NCBI GenBank assembly: GCA_913063045.1
Contig: CAJXYM010000006.1
Location: 6,339-70,338, forward strand
DNA: 64,000 bases
Direction of reading: 5' to 3'
Source: an uncultured Flavobacteriales bacterium
GTDB lineage: Bacteria > Bacteroidota > Bacteroidia > Flavobacteriales > BACL11
Shown: one piece after another, positions 19,198 to 29,708 of the stretch
How the letters are laid out: every line of letters starts with the position of its first letter
Position numbering within the stretch: position 1 is the stretch's first letter
Position numbers and translations under genes: made by a program
Notes under the pieces: generated by a model
Seen by the model: only the letters and a program-made list of their open reading frames with translations
What the model was told of the DNA's origin: nothing
The model's database searches: none

Positions 19198-20457
19198 TTA
19201 TAAATATTTTACTAATTTTTCTAGCGTAATCCCTCTTGATCCTTTAATAAATATAAAACAATCTATTATTGGATTCTCTTCTAAGTTTTTAATGAAATTT
19301 TCAATTGTATCATAGCTGTTTTCTGTATTGTGATATTTGAAATTCTTACCAATAAAAAAGCTCTTTATTTTTGTTCGTTTAGCTAACTCTACAATTTTTT
19401 TATGTTCCTCAGAACTATAATCTCCTAATTCAAACATGTCTCCTAGAATAAGTATTTTATTAGAATTCTTATCACTTGCAAATGAATCTATGGAGGCTTT
19501 CATGCTTGAAGGATTCGCATTATAAGCATCTAGCAATATTTTATTATTGCTTGTTTTTATAATTTGAGATCTGTTATTTGATGGGGTGTATTCTGAGATT
19601 GCTTTAACTATATCAACATATTTAATTTGAAAATATTCAGCGATACAAATACTAAGCATAATATTGTCAAATTGATAATTACCTGATAAATTAGAGTTTA
19701 TTATCGTGCCTTTATAATTAATATTAATAAAAGGAATGGAAGATGCTATATTTCCTGCAACATCACCTGACTTCCCATAACTTATCCTTTTAATATCTGT
19801 AGATATTGTATTTAAAAATTTATCTTCATTATTAATAAAAATGCTACCATTACTTAATTTAATATAGTCATATAATTCTTTCTTAGCTCGTTGGATTCCT
19901 TCTAATGATTTGAACCCTTCTAGATGAGCTAGGCCAATATTAGTTATAACCCCATAATTAGGTTGTGTGATTTCGCAAAGTAATTTAATTTCACCTATGT
20001 GATTTGCACCCATTTCAATTATTGCAATTTGATGTGCTTTGGTGATAGTTAATATTGTTAGCGGAACACCTATATGATTATTTAAATTACCTTTAGTATA
20101 GCCGGTAGATAAGCCTTTTTGCAAGCAATTATAAATTAATTCTTTAGATGTAGTTTTGCCATTTGTTCCAGTAATAGCTATGAAAGGAATCTTTAATTTT
20201 TTTCTATGAAATTTAGCTAAATCTTGTAATGTTGTTAGAGTGTTTTCTACAACTATATATTTATTATTTAAAGCATATTTTTTATTACTAACTATTGCAT
20301 ATAATGCTCCTTTATCCAGTGCTTGTTTAGCGAATTTATTACCATCAAAATTAGGTCCTGATAAACTAAAAAATATGCAGTCTTTATCTATGTTTCTAGA
20401 GTCTGTTGAAACTTTAGGGTATTTTAAAAATATTTTATATAAATCTGATATTTTCAT
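19198..20457 (-). CDS. murF: UDP-MurNAc-tripeptide D-Ala-D-Ala ligase
   Basis: STDSR, ITGTNGKTT, EMGANH, DAYNANPSSM, KGSRG. Confidence 0.97.
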   Translation of the reverse strand: MKISDLYKIFLKYPKVSTDSRNIDKDCIFFSLSGPNFDGNKFAKQALDKGALYAIVSNKKYALNNKYIVVENTLTTLQDLAKFHRKKLKIPFIAITGTNGKTTSKELIYNCLQKGLSTGYTKGNLNNHIGVPLTILTITKAHQIAIIEMGANHIGEIKLLCEITQPNYGVITNIGLAHLEGFKSLEGIQRAKKELYDYIKLSNGSIFINNEDKFLNTISTDIKRISYGKSGDVAGNIASSIPFININYKGTIINSNLSGNYQFDNIMLSICIAEYFQIKYVDIVKAISEYTPSNNRSQIIKTSNNKILLDAYNANPSSMKASIDSFASDKNSNKILILGDMFELGDYSSEEHKKIVELAKRTKIKSFFIGKNFKYHNTENSYDTIENFIKNLEENPIIDCFIFIKGSRGITLEKLVKYL

Positions 20458-20461
20458 ATGT

Positions 20462-20492
20462 AAAAAAAAACCCCATTTTAATGGGGTTTTTT
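20462..20492. terminator. Intrinsic terminator after gldJ
   Basis: A-run, CCCCATT-tt-AATGGGG hairpin, T-run. Confidence 0.8.
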
Positions 20493-20511
20493 ATCTAATT
20501 TTTTAAAAGAA

Positions 20512-22104
20512 TTATCTTTTTTTATTATAGTCTGTACCTTTACGTTGATTTTCACCAAGTTTACTTTTAGGGTCGCCAACTCTATCCATTGCACATCTAA
20601 AACCAATTGCATCAGTAGCCTGAGATTGATCTAAATATCTTCTTGTTCCAGGATTAAGCCAATATGCTCTATCTTCCCAAGAACCACCTTTATAAACTCT
20701 TGTTCTATCAGTAATTAAGGATGAACTTCCATAATCATACATTTCACTACTATTTCCTGTTTTTGCTTCATCTTGATATTTGCTCGCTTGTTGATTCCAT
20801 TTATCTATTTTCACTCTTGAAGTATCTTTATCTGAAGTTTCACTTAAAAAGTTATTCCAGTCAATACCCATTTGAGATTCAATATCTCCATCAAGATAGT
20901 TAATATTATCAGATTTTTTGTAATTTCTTCTATACGCGTTATCTTTAACATCTACGTCAACCATAATAAGTCTACCTAAACTATCTTTTTCAGCAATAAA
21001 ACCATCTTCATCTGTAAGTGGAGTTTGGAAAACATTTCCTCTAAAAGGTCTATGGTCTGTAGTAGTAGTTTGCTCTGTTACTGGTCTATAAACATCCATT
21101 ACCCATTCAGAAACATTACCCGCCATATCAAATAAACCATAATCATTTGGCCAGTAAGTGCTAACTGGAGCTGTAACATCGGCTTGGTCGTTTAAATTTC
21201 CAGCAACTCCCATGTTATCTCCTCTTCCTCTTTTAAAGTTTGCCATTATTTGCCCTTGATTCTTGCTGCTTCCATTTCTTAAAGATGAACCATTCCAAGG
21301 AAATATTTTTCTTTCATTAATATTTTCACTATTTGTATTTCCAACATAGCCTAAAGCTGCAAACTCCCATTCAGCTTCTGTAGGTAGTCTATATTTAGGA
21401 AGTAATAAACCATCTGTTCTTTTAACCTTTCTAAATTTTTCACCAGTAGACGGGTCTAGATTTCTAAGTAACCTTCCTTCAATACCATCATACTGTCCAG
21501 CTAAATAAGCTTCAGTATTAAAAGTATTATCATCAACTTGCTCAGCATCTTCTTTTAAAATACCAGCGTTTATTAAAATTCTTTCATTTACTCTGTCTGT
21601 TCTCCAAGTACAAAAATCATTTGCTTGATCCCAACTAACTCCCACTACTGGATAGTTTTTGTATGCAGGATGTCTTAGATAGTTATCTACGAATGGTTCA
21701 TTATATCCTAATTTATCTCTCCATACAAGTGTATCTGGAAGACTTTTTAAGTATACTTCTGGATATGAACTATTATAAACTCTTTTAATCCAAAATAAAT
21801 ATTCCATGTAGTCAACATTCCTTACTTCTGTTTCGTCAAGGTAGAATGATGAAACCGTTACTTTCTTTGGAACATTATTCCAGTCGTAATGAACGTCTTG
21901 CTCTACTCTTCCTTGAACAAATGAACCTCCTTCAACGAAAGTTAGACCTGGTCCGGTAACTTGTTCTTTAAAGTTTGTGTTTACTTCATACCCGCCGTTT
22001 TTAGAGTTGTTATATGACCAACCTGTAATAGATGAGTTTTGTTTTGAGCAAGAAGCAAATATCATTATTGTACTTAGTGCTAAAATTATTTTATTTGTTT
22101 TCAT
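20512..22104 (-). CDS. gldJ: Gliding motility lipoprotein GldJ
   Basis: Lipobox FASC, TGWSYN, FGE-sulfatase motifs RLPTEAEWEFAA and MAGNVSEW, GFRCAM; next to porP and the divergent porU. Confidence 0.93.
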   Translation of the reverse strand: MKTNKIILALSTIMIFASCSKQNSSITGWSYNNSKNGGYEVNTNFKEQVTGPGLTFVEGGSFVQGRVEQDVHYDWNNVPKKVTVSSFYLDETEVRNVDYMEYLFWIKRVYNSSYPEVYLKSLPDTLVWRDKLGYNEPFVDNYLRHPAYKNYPVVGVSWDQANDFCTWRTDRVNERILINAGILKEDAEQVDDNTFNTEAYLAGQYDGIEGRLLRNLDPSTGEKFRKVKRTDGLLLPKYRLPTEAEWEFAALGYVGNTNSENINERKIFPWNGSSLRNGSSKNQGQIMANFKRGRGDNMGVAGNLNDQADVTAPVSTYWPNDYGLFDMAGNVSEWVMDVYRPVTEQTTTTDHRPFRGNVFQTPLTDEDGFIAEKDSLGRLIMVDVDVKDNAYRRNYKKSDNINYLDGDIESQMGIDWNNFLSETSDKDTSRVKIDKWNQQASKYQDEAKTGNSSEMYDYGSSSLITDRTRVYKGGSWEDRAYWLNPGTRRYLDQSQATDAIGFRCAMDRVGDPKSKLGENQRKGTDYNKKR

Positions 22105-22128
22105 TATTAAATGCAATTAGGTTAATAA

Positions 22129-23118
22129 TTAGAATTGTGGACAACTGATTGTGTTAAATGATTTAGATCTAGATTGACGAGGCATGAAATAAGTAAATGA
22201 TATTTCATGAGCACCCATTGTATTACTGTTTTTTAAGTTACTTACAGTAATATCGTAGCTATATCCAAATTTAAAGGTTTCTTGAATTACTCCAAACATT
22301 AAAATAAATGAGTCAAAGTTTTCTAAACTGTTTCTTGCCCATAATCCACCAACAAGAGGTCCTCTATAGATATAAACTCCATAATTAAATTGTTGGAAAT
22401 CTTGTTGCTTCTGGTAAAGAAAGTTGGGAGAAATAGTTGTAACATTATTTTTATATTTACTTAATGGGAAATTTCCTCCCATATGAGCTGTAAATTTACT
22501 TGGCAGCTGACTCTCACTAATAAAACCTTGTTCAGGCTGTGTCATATGGTGAAACGCCATTCCAAAAAATAAATTTTGTGTGTATCCAATAACACCAGAT
22601 GAGAAATCTATGTGGGCTACACTTGAAGGGTTATTAGCTATATCCTCTTGTGTTGGGTATATGAATCCATATTTTTGATCAATCATATCACCAAATGTTA
22701 GCTGACTCCAATCAAGATCCAGCATTCTAAATGAAGCTTCGAATCCTGCTTTTAGAGCAAATCCTCTATTTACCTGTAAATGGTATGAGTACAATGCAGA
22801 AAGTGAGTTTAGTTGAATATTCCCATCTCCACTTCGGTCATTTAAAACAATAAATCCTAGACCTCCATTTACGGCGTCTACAGGAGCATCAAATGAAGCA
22901 GATGTTGTTATAAAAGTCCTTCCAATTCCAGGCCACTGGTCTCTGTAGTTTAATGCCATTCTTGGCCCTCCATGAGCGCTAGCTCCTGTAAATGCAGGAT
23001 TTAGGTATATAGGGTTAGCATAGAACTGACTAAATGCAGGGTCTTGCGCACTAGATTGTAAGCTAATCAGTAGACTTGCTCCAAAAACTAGTATAAATTT
23101 TGATATATTATTAATCAT
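22129..23118 (-). CDS. PorP/SprF-family T9SS outer-membrane protein
   Basis: QDPAFSQFY..P..LNPA, NYRDQW, GYSYD, GAHEIS. Confidence 0.95.
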   Translation of the reverse strand: MINNISKFILVFGASLLISLQSSAQDPAFSQFYANPIYLNPAFTGASAHGGPRMALNYRDQWPGIGRTFITTSASFDAPVDAVNGGLGFIVLNDRSGDGNIQLNSLSALYSYHLQVNRGFALKAGFEASFRMLDLDWSQLTFGDMIDQKYGFIYPTQEDIANNPSSVAHIDFSSGVIGYTQNLFFGMAFHHMTQPEQGFISESQLPSKFTAHMGGNFPLSKYKNNVTTISPNFLYQKQQDFQQFNYGVYIYRGPLVGGLWARNSLENFDSFILMFGVIQETFKFGYSYDITVSNLKNSNTMGAHEISFTYFMPRQSRSKSFNTISCPQF

Positions 23119-23261
23119 ATAATTAGTGATTTCATGATTTAAACCTCACAAAAATAAACATTTTATTTGTTTTTACCCTGAAACTAATCTAAAAAAGTGA
23201 AATAATGATTTATTAATAACGTTATGTAAATGATTTTAAAATCTTAACTAACTTTGCAATA

Positions 23262-26200
23262 ATGATTAGAAGACTCTTATTTATTTTAGTTTGTTGTTTA
23301 CTTGTGTTTGTTTCAAGTGCTCAGCAAAACTCCGTTTTAAATAACGGTAAATGGTTTAAGGTTAGTGTCGAAAATGATGGTATTTATAAAATTAATTATA
23401 CTGATTTAAATGCTATGAATTTGAGTGAAAATGTAATTTCTATAAACTCAATAAAACTTTATGGTAATGGTGGCAGTATGTTGCCAAATATAAATTCAGA
23501 ACCTAGATATTCTGACTTACAAGAAAACGCTATTTTTATTGAAGATATTAATAATAATAATATTTTTGATTCAGAAGATTTTATTTTGTTTTATGGTCAA
23601 TCAACAGACACTTGGAAATATAATAGCTCATCTAATTTATTTGAACATCAAAATCATTTTTTTAGTGATGAAAATTATTATTTTATAACCATAGAGGAAT
23701 CATTATCTAATGCAAATGGTAAAAGAGTAACTAATAAAAACTTAGTAGGCTCATTTGATTTAACTATAAACACCTTTAATGATTATCAATTTCATGAACA
23801 AGATATAGAAAACCTAATTCAATCTGGTAGTAGGTGGTTCGGCGAGAGGTTTGAAATTCAAAATACATATTCATTTGATTATAATTTTCCTAATTTAAAA
23901 AATAATGTGCCTGTTTATATTAAAGCGTCTGTTGCTGCAAGATCAATAAATAGCTCTTCATTTTCCATTAAAGCAAATTCAAATTATTTAAATTCCATTG
24001 GAGTTGCTAATATTATTTATCAATATGCTTCTGAGTATGCTAAATCTTCAGATGCTACTAGATCTTTCCTCTCAGATAATGATATTATTGATATTACTTT
24101 AAACTATAGTTCTTCAGAGAATAACGCAATTGGTTGGTTAGATTATTTAGAGTTAAATGTTACTAGAGACTTAACAATGACTAATGATTTTATGTTATTT
24201 AGGTATTCTAATTTGTCTAATGACCTTACTGCTCAATATGAAATATCTAATGCAAATTCAAATACTATTATTTGGGATATAACTGACCCCATTAATATTC
24301 AAAATTTGCAAAAATCATACTTGAATTCAAAGTTGATTTTTAATGATTCAATAAATATATTAAAGCAGTACTGTATGTTTAACGGAAATAATTTTAATAG
24401 TCCAAATTTTGTGGGATTAATTGAGAATCAAAATTTGCAAGCTCTTCCATCCACTATAGAATATGTGATAATATCTCATCCTAATTTTTTGAATGCAGCT
24501 AATCGACTAGCAAATTTTCACAAGGAGAATGATGGTTTATCATCTTTTGTTGTAACTCCTCAGCAAATATATAATGAGTTTTCTTCTGGAGTAGAAGATG
24601 TTACTGCTATTAGAGATTTTATTAAGATGTTATATGATAGAGATAACGCATCAATTGAATATGTACTATTGATGGGTGATGGTTCATATGATCATAAAAA
24701 CAGGATATCACCAAATCATAATTTTATTCCTACTTTTCAATCACCAAATTCTTTACACCCTACATTAAGTTATGTTACCGATGATTATTTTACATTATTA
24801 GATATTGACGATGGTGACTTTAATAATGATATTGTTGATATTTGTTTGGGTAGGATACCTGTTGTTTCTCTAACTCAAGCTAATCAAGTTGTTGATAAGA
24901 TTGAGGCTTATTATGATGAGAGATCTTTAGGAGATTGGAGAAACAACATCACTTTTGTTGCTGATGACGGAGATAATGGTACACCACCAGATGGAAATCT
25001 TCATATGCGTGATGCTGATAAATTAGCAGAAAATTTAGATACTGTATATGCTAATTTAAATTTAAAAAAAATATATTTAGATAACTTTTTACAAGAATCA
25101 ACTCCCGGAGGGCCTAGAAGTCCTCAAACTCAAAGTGCTATAAATAAATGTATTGAAAAAGGAACATTTTTAATTAATTACACTGGCCATGGAGGACCTT
25201 TAGGATGGACTCAAGAGAGAATATTGGAGATTGATCAAATCCAAAATTGGGATAATTTATATAAGCTTCCTTTATTTATGACTGCAACATGTAAATTCTC
25301 AAATTTTGATGATCCAGAAAAAACTTCAGCAGGAGAATTAGCTTTATTGAACCCCAAAGGAGGTGCTATTGCACTTTTAACAACAACTCGCCTTGTTTAT
25401 GCTGCACCAAATTATACGCTTAATAAAAATTTTGTTAGTGTATTCTATGAAAAAAATAATGGTCAATTTCCAACTTTGGGTCAGCTTTTTAAGAAAACTA
25501 AAGTATTAAGTGGCTCCAACACGAATACAAGAAATTTTACGCTCCTCGGTGATCCAGCATTAAGACTTTCTTATCCAGAATATAATATTAGCTCAACAAC
25601 AAATATCGATACAATGAAAGCATTAGAAGAAGTAATAGTTTCAGGAGAAATTCTTGATAATAACGGATTACTAATGAATAATTTTAACGGTATTGTTTAT
25701 CCTACAGTTTTCGATAAAGAAGTCGTTTCTCTAACATTAGGTCAAGAATCTTGCACCCCAATGCCATATAGGAATCAAGATAATATTATTTATAAAGGTT
25801 TAGCAACAGTCAACGCAGGACAGTTTACATTTTCTTTTGTTGTTCCCAAGGATATTGAGAATAATTTTGCTAATGGAAAAATAAGTTATTATGCTAAAAG
25901 TGATGATGGAGATGATGCTAGCGGGCATGATGATTCTTTTTTGATAGGTGGTTTGTCTGATAATATAAATTACGATTTTGAAGGTCCATCTTTATCGTTA
26001 TTTATGAATAATAGAAATTTTTTAGATGGAGGTATTACAAATAGTAGCCCTAGCTTATTAGTTGATATTGAAGATTTAAATGGAGTGAATACAGTTGGTA
26101 ATGGTATCGGGCATGATATTATTGCATATTTAGATAATAACACTTCGGAACCAATCAATTTGAATGATTATTATACTTCTGAAATTGATAATTATAAAAA

Positions 26201-26642
26201 GGGTGAGGTGCTATTTCCTTTTCAAGATTTAGATTTAGGTGAGCATATAATAACGATAAAAGTTTGGGATGTCTTTAATAATTCATCTCAACAATCTCTT
26301 GCTTTTAATGTAGTTGAAGATGATAATATAATAATTTCAAACTTTAAATGTTATCCAAACCCTGTTAGCTCATCAGCAGAATTCTTTTTTGAATATAACA
26401 AGAGTGAAAATATTTCTGATTTTTCTTTTGAAATATTCTCTACCACAGGACAATTAATTAGAACAATTAATAAGAATATGTTTATTGACGGTTACAGAAT
26501 TGGTCCTATAATCTGGGATGGGAAAAATAGTTATGGCAATTCCTTAAGTCCTGGAATATATATAGTCAAGTTAAATATTTCATCAGAAGATGGTATGCTT
26601 AGTTCAGAATCTATACCTATTGCAATAACTCCAAATTATTAA
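23262..26642 (+). CDS. porU: T9SS sortase PorU (peptidase C25)
   Basis: SVLNNGKWFK, IYNEFSSG, NYTGHGG, MTATC, LLGDPAL, C-terminal T9SS domain. Confidence 0.96.
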   Translation: MIRRLLFILVCCLLVFVSSAQQNSVLNNGKWFKVSVENDGIYKINYTDLNAMNLSENVISINSIKLYGNGGSMLPNINSEPRYSDLQENAIFIEDINNNNIFDSEDFILFYGQSTDTWKYNSSSNLFEHQNHFFSDENYYFITIEESLSNANGKRVTNKNLVGSFDLTINTFNDYQFHEQDIENLIQSGSRWFGERFEIQNTYSFDYNFPNLKNNVPVYIKASVAARSINSSSFSIKANSNYLNSIGVANIIYQYASEYAKSSDATRSFLSDNDIIDITLNYSSSENNAIGWLDYLELNVTRDLTMTNDFMLFRYSNLSNDLTAQYEISNANSNTIIWDITDPINIQNLQKSYLNSKLIFNDSINILKQYCMFNGNNFNSPNFVGLIENQNLQALPSTIEYVIISHPNFLNAANRLANFHKENDGLSSFVVTPQQIYNEFSSGVEDVTAIRDFIKMLYDRDNASIEYVLLMGDGSYDHKNRISPNHNFIPTFQSPNSLHPTLSYVTDDYFTLLDIDDGDFNNDIVDICLGRIPVVSLTQANQVVDKIEAYYDERSLGDWRNNITFVADDGDNGTPPDGNLHMRDADKLAENLDTVYANLNLKKIYLDNFLQESTPGGPRSPQTQSAINKCIEKGTFLINYTGHGGPLGWTQERILEIDQIQNWDNLYKLPLFMTATCKFSNFDDPEKTSAGELALLNPKGGAIALLTTTRLVYAAPNYTLNKNFVSVFYEKNNGQFPTLGQLFKKTKVLSGSNTNTRNFTLLGDPALRLSYPEYNISSTTNIDTMKALEEVIVSGEILDNNGLLMNNFNGIVYPTVFDKEVVSLTLGQESCTPMPYRNQDNIIYKGLATVNAGQFTFSFVVPKDIENNFANGKISYYAKSDDGDDASGHDDSFLIGGLSDNINYDFEGPSLSLFMNNRNFLDGGITNSSPSLLVDIEDLNGVNTVGNGIGHDIIAYLDNNTSEPINLNDYYTSEIDNYKKGEVLFPFQDLDLGEHIITIKVWDVFNNSSQQSLAFNVVEDDNIIISNFKCYPNPVSSSAEFFFEYNKSENISDFSFEIFSTTGQLIRTINKNMFIDGYRIGPIIWDGKNSYGNSLSPGIYIVKLNISSEDGMLSSESIPIAITPNY

Positions 26643-26664
26643 CGTTATTTAAAAAGTAATTATT

Positions 26665-26898
26665 ATGATTATTAAAATGTATAGTGCTTTATGGTGTCCA
26701 GCTTGCGTAAGTGCAAGAAAATTTTTAGATGAAAAAGAAATAAATTATGAGTATATAGATATTACTAATAATACCGAAGCAATAGACTTTATTAAGAAAG
26801 TAAATAATGGAAAACGAATTATTCCAACTTTTGTAATTAATAATCAGATTTATGCCAATCCTGGAATAAGTAAATTAAATAATTTATTACAACAATAA
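26665..26898 (+). CDS. Glutaredoxin/NrdH/mycoredoxin-like protein
   Basis: WCPAC CxxC motif, NNGKRIIPT cis-Pro loop. Confidence 0.9.
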   Translation: MIIKMYSALWCPACVSARKFLDEKEINYEYIDITNNTEAIDFIKKVNNGKRIIPTFVINNQIYANPGISKLNNLLQQ

Positions 26899-26927
26899 TC
26901 ACTAATTTTGTAAATCAATAATATAGT

Positions 26928-28112
26928 ATGAATAAAAGTATTTTAGTATTAATCTTTTTTGTTTTTGCAATTAAATTATTTGCTCAAGACCCTTCTCTTG
27001 AAGAATTGTCTGGCGGTAATTTAAATACAATTACTACAGCTGTCCCATTTCTCCTTATTTCTCCAGATTCAAAAGCTGGTGCTATGGGTGATGTGGGTGT
27101 AGCAACTTCTCCAGATGCCAATTCTTTACATTGGAATCCTGCAAAGTATTCTTTTGTTGAAGATGAGGTAGGGTTTTCTGTTTCTTATGTTCCATGGCTA
27201 CGAGCTCTAGTTCCAGATATAAACTTATCCTATCTTTCAGGATATAAGAAAATTAATGATAACGAAACTGTAGCAATGGAGCTAAGGTATTTTACATTAG
27301 GTGATATTACTTTTACAGATGTAATTGGAAATACAATCGGACAATATAAGCCAAGTGAATTTGCTTTAGGTACTGCATATTCTAGAAAACTGTCTGATAA
27401 TTTTTCTTTAGCAATTGCAGCAAGATACATTTATTCTAATCTTACTGGTGGACAATCTGCAGGAGGAATTAATACAAATGCAGGTCAGTCTGTAGCTGCT
27501 GATGTTGCTGGGTTTTATCAGAAATCTATTAGAATAGCTCAAAAAGATTTAAACCTTGCTTTTGGTGGAAATATTTCAAATATTGGAAATAAAATTTCAT
27601 ATACAGAAACATCTACAAGAGATTTTATTCCTATTAATCTAAGATTAGGTACAGCAGTTTCTATGGATTTTGATGAATATAATAGAATGTCTTTTGCTTT
27701 TGATATTAATAAGCTACTTGTTCCTACTCCTCCAATATATAACGATACCATTCAGGGTCAAATTGATTATGGTAAAGATCCAAATGTTTCAGTTGTAAGT
27801 GGGATTTTTCAATCATTTGGAGATGCTCCAAATGGTTTTAAAGAGGAGATGAGAGAAATAAATTTCTCATTAGGAACAGAATATTGGTATGCAGATCAAT
27901 TTGCTTTAAGAGCAGGTTATTTTTATGAACATGACACCAAGGGTGGGAGGAAGTTTTTTACATTTGGTTCTGGTGTTAAGTATAATGTTTTTGCTCTTGA
28001 TTTTTCCTATTTAATAAATGCAAGTAGATCAATCAACGGAAATAACCCATTAGCTAATACCATGAGATTTACTCTAGTATTTGATTTTGGGGAAATGGAA
28101 ATTTTGAATTAA
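26928..28112 (+). CDS. porV: T9SS outer-membrane protein PorV
   Basis: ITTAVPFLLISPD..AGAMGD, WNPAKY, SYVPWL, NPLANTMRF. Confidence 0.96.
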   Translation: MNKSILVLIFFVFAIKLFAQDPSLEELSGGNLNTITTAVPFLLISPDSKAGAMGDVGVATSPDANSLHWNPAKYSFVEDEVGFSVSYVPWLRALVPDINLSYLSGYKKINDNETVAMELRYFTLGDITFTDVIGNTIGQYKPSEFALGTAYSRKLSDNFSLAIAARYIYSNLTGGQSAGGINTNAGQSVAADVAGFYQKSIRIAQKDLNLAFGGNISNIGNKISYTETSTRDFIPINLRLGTAVSMDFDEYNRMSFAFDINKLLVPTPPIYNDTIQGQIDYGKDPNVSVVSGIFQSFGDAPNGFKEEMREINFSLGTEYWYADQFALRAGYFYEHDTKGGRKFFTFGSGVKYNVFALDFSYLINASRSINGNNPLANTMRFTLVFDFGEMEILN

Positions 28113-28114
28113 TT

Positions 28115-28603
28115 ATGAATTTTAGAATTGGTTTTGGTTTTGATGTGCATCAGTTGACTGAAACTAGAGATTTTTGGCTAGGCGGTATTATGATACCTCA
28201 TTATAAAGGTGGTCTGGGTCATTCTGATGCTGATGTTTTAATTCATGTCATATGTGATGCTTTACTTGGAGCTGCGAATATGGGGGATATTGGAATGCAC
28301 TTCCCTGACACCTCAGATAAGTATAAAAATATAGATAGTAAAATTTTGCTAAAAAAAGTAATGTTGTTAGTTAGAGAAAAAGGTTTTGAAATTGGTAATA
28401 TTGATTCTACAATTTGTTTGCAAACTCCAAAGCTTTCTCCATACATTAAACAAATGCAAGATACTTTGGCCGAATGTATTCAGATTGATACTGAGCTTAT
28501 TTCTATTAAAGCAACGACAACTGAGAAGTTAAGCTTTGTGGGTAGAGAAGAGGGAGTTTCGGCTTACGCTACTGTATTAATTAATAAAGTTAGGATCTCT
28601 TAA
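28115..28603 (+). CDS. ispF: 2-C-methyl-D-erythritol 2,4-cyclodiphosphate synthase
   Basis: RIGFGFDVH, HSDADV, KATTTEKL. Confidence 0.98.
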   Translation: MNFRIGFGFDVHQLTETRDFWLGGIMIPHYKGGLGHSDADVLIHVICDALLGAANMGDIGMHFPDTSDKYKNIDSKILLKKVMLLVREKGFEIGNIDSTICLQTPKLSPYIKQMQDTLAECIQIDTELISIKATTTEKLSFVGREEGVSAYATVLINKVRIS

Positions 28604-29059
28604 ATATGTCGTAATTTGAGCATTAGCACAAATTACTTGTTTTTTGTTTAAAGCATTAACCTCGTTTTTTACTTCATATTTCCCATGTAATTTTAATCCC
28701 TTTTCTATGTCCTTTATTTGGGATTCATTAATTTTAAATTCAAGTAATAGGGAAGTATCTGCAGGCTGTAAATAATTAATCTCTGCATTTTTCACCCATA
28801 TAATTAAATTACAATTTTTATTTTTAAAAATGTAATAATACATGGTAGGAAAGAAAGGGTCACAAGCTGAGAATATTGTTCCTCCAAAGATAGTTTTATG
28901 AAAATTAATATTGAAAATTGTTTTTTTTATAACAACAGTCATCTTTCTGTAATCTGCAGATATTTTTTTTAAAATAATTCTATTAAAAAATAAAGGAGGG
29001 TATAAGTTAAATAAGATCTTAAGACTCAGTCTTGAAGATAAATATTCTTTGATTTTCAT
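28577..29059 (-). CDS. Hotdog-fold thioesterase-like protein (DUF4442/YiiD-like)
   Basis: NLYPP, TIFGGTIFSACDP, WVKNAEINY. Confidence 0.8.
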   Translation of the reverse strand: MKIKEYLSSRLSLKILFNLYPPLFFNRIILKKISADYRKMTVVIKKTIFNINFHKTIFGGTIFSACDPFFPTMYYYIFKNKNCNLIIWVKNAEINYLQPADTSLLLEFKINESQIKDIEKGLKLHGKYEVKNEVNALNKKQVICANAQITTYLRDPNFIN

Positions 29060-29078
29060 TTCTGCTTTTTTAGAGCAA

Positions 29079-29648
29079 CTACTTTTTTACTGGACAGAAT
29101 TCTCCATTTTTTTCAAAATAAATAAGCGCATCAACAGTTCTCAATTCTTCACTTACATTCCTAACTAGAGTAAAAAAATTGATTAATTGATGTTGCACAA
29201 TACCACTTTTATCAATTAGAAATAAACCTCTGTAGGGAATCATTGGTCCAGTAGCAATAAGTTGATCATCTTCATCCATTTCATATTCTCCAGCTAATGT
29301 GCCATAATTTGCACTAATAGTTTTAGACATATCTGATATAAGAGGATATTTTATTCCTTTTATGCCTCCTTTATCTTTAGCTAAATCTAGCCAGTTTAAA
29401 TGGGACTCTTCTGAATCAGTAGAGCACCCAATTACTTCTACATTTCTTGATTGAAAATCAGATAATTTTTCTTGAAAATCATGTAGCTCAGATGGGCAAA
29501 TTCCTGAAAAATCTTTTGTGTAAAAAAATAATAAAACATATTTTTTATCAATAAATTGATCTAGTGAAAAATTATTTATTACTTCATTGCCATTAACTAC
29601 CGCAGTAGCATTAAATGATGGTGCTTTTTTTCCTACTAGTGATCCCAT
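29079..29648 (-). CDS. ahpC: 2-Cys peroxiredoxin (AhpC family), divergent
   Basis: KDFSGICPSE, STDS..SH, RGLFLID, GEFCP. Confidence 0.85.
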   Translation of the reverse strand: MGSLVGKKAPSFNATAVVNGNEVINNFSLDQFIDKKYVLLFFYTKDFSGICPSELHDFQEKLSDFQSRNVEVIGCSTDSEESHLNWLDLAKDKGGIKGIKYPLISDMSKTISANYGTLAGEYEMDEDDQLIATGPMIPYRGLFLIDKSGIVQHQLINFFTLVRNVSEELRTVDALIYFEKNGEFCPVKK

Positions 29649-29708
29649 ATTAATTATATTTAAGTTAAACCCAAAATTAAACTAATAACTTTAATTAAAA
29701 AAAATAAT

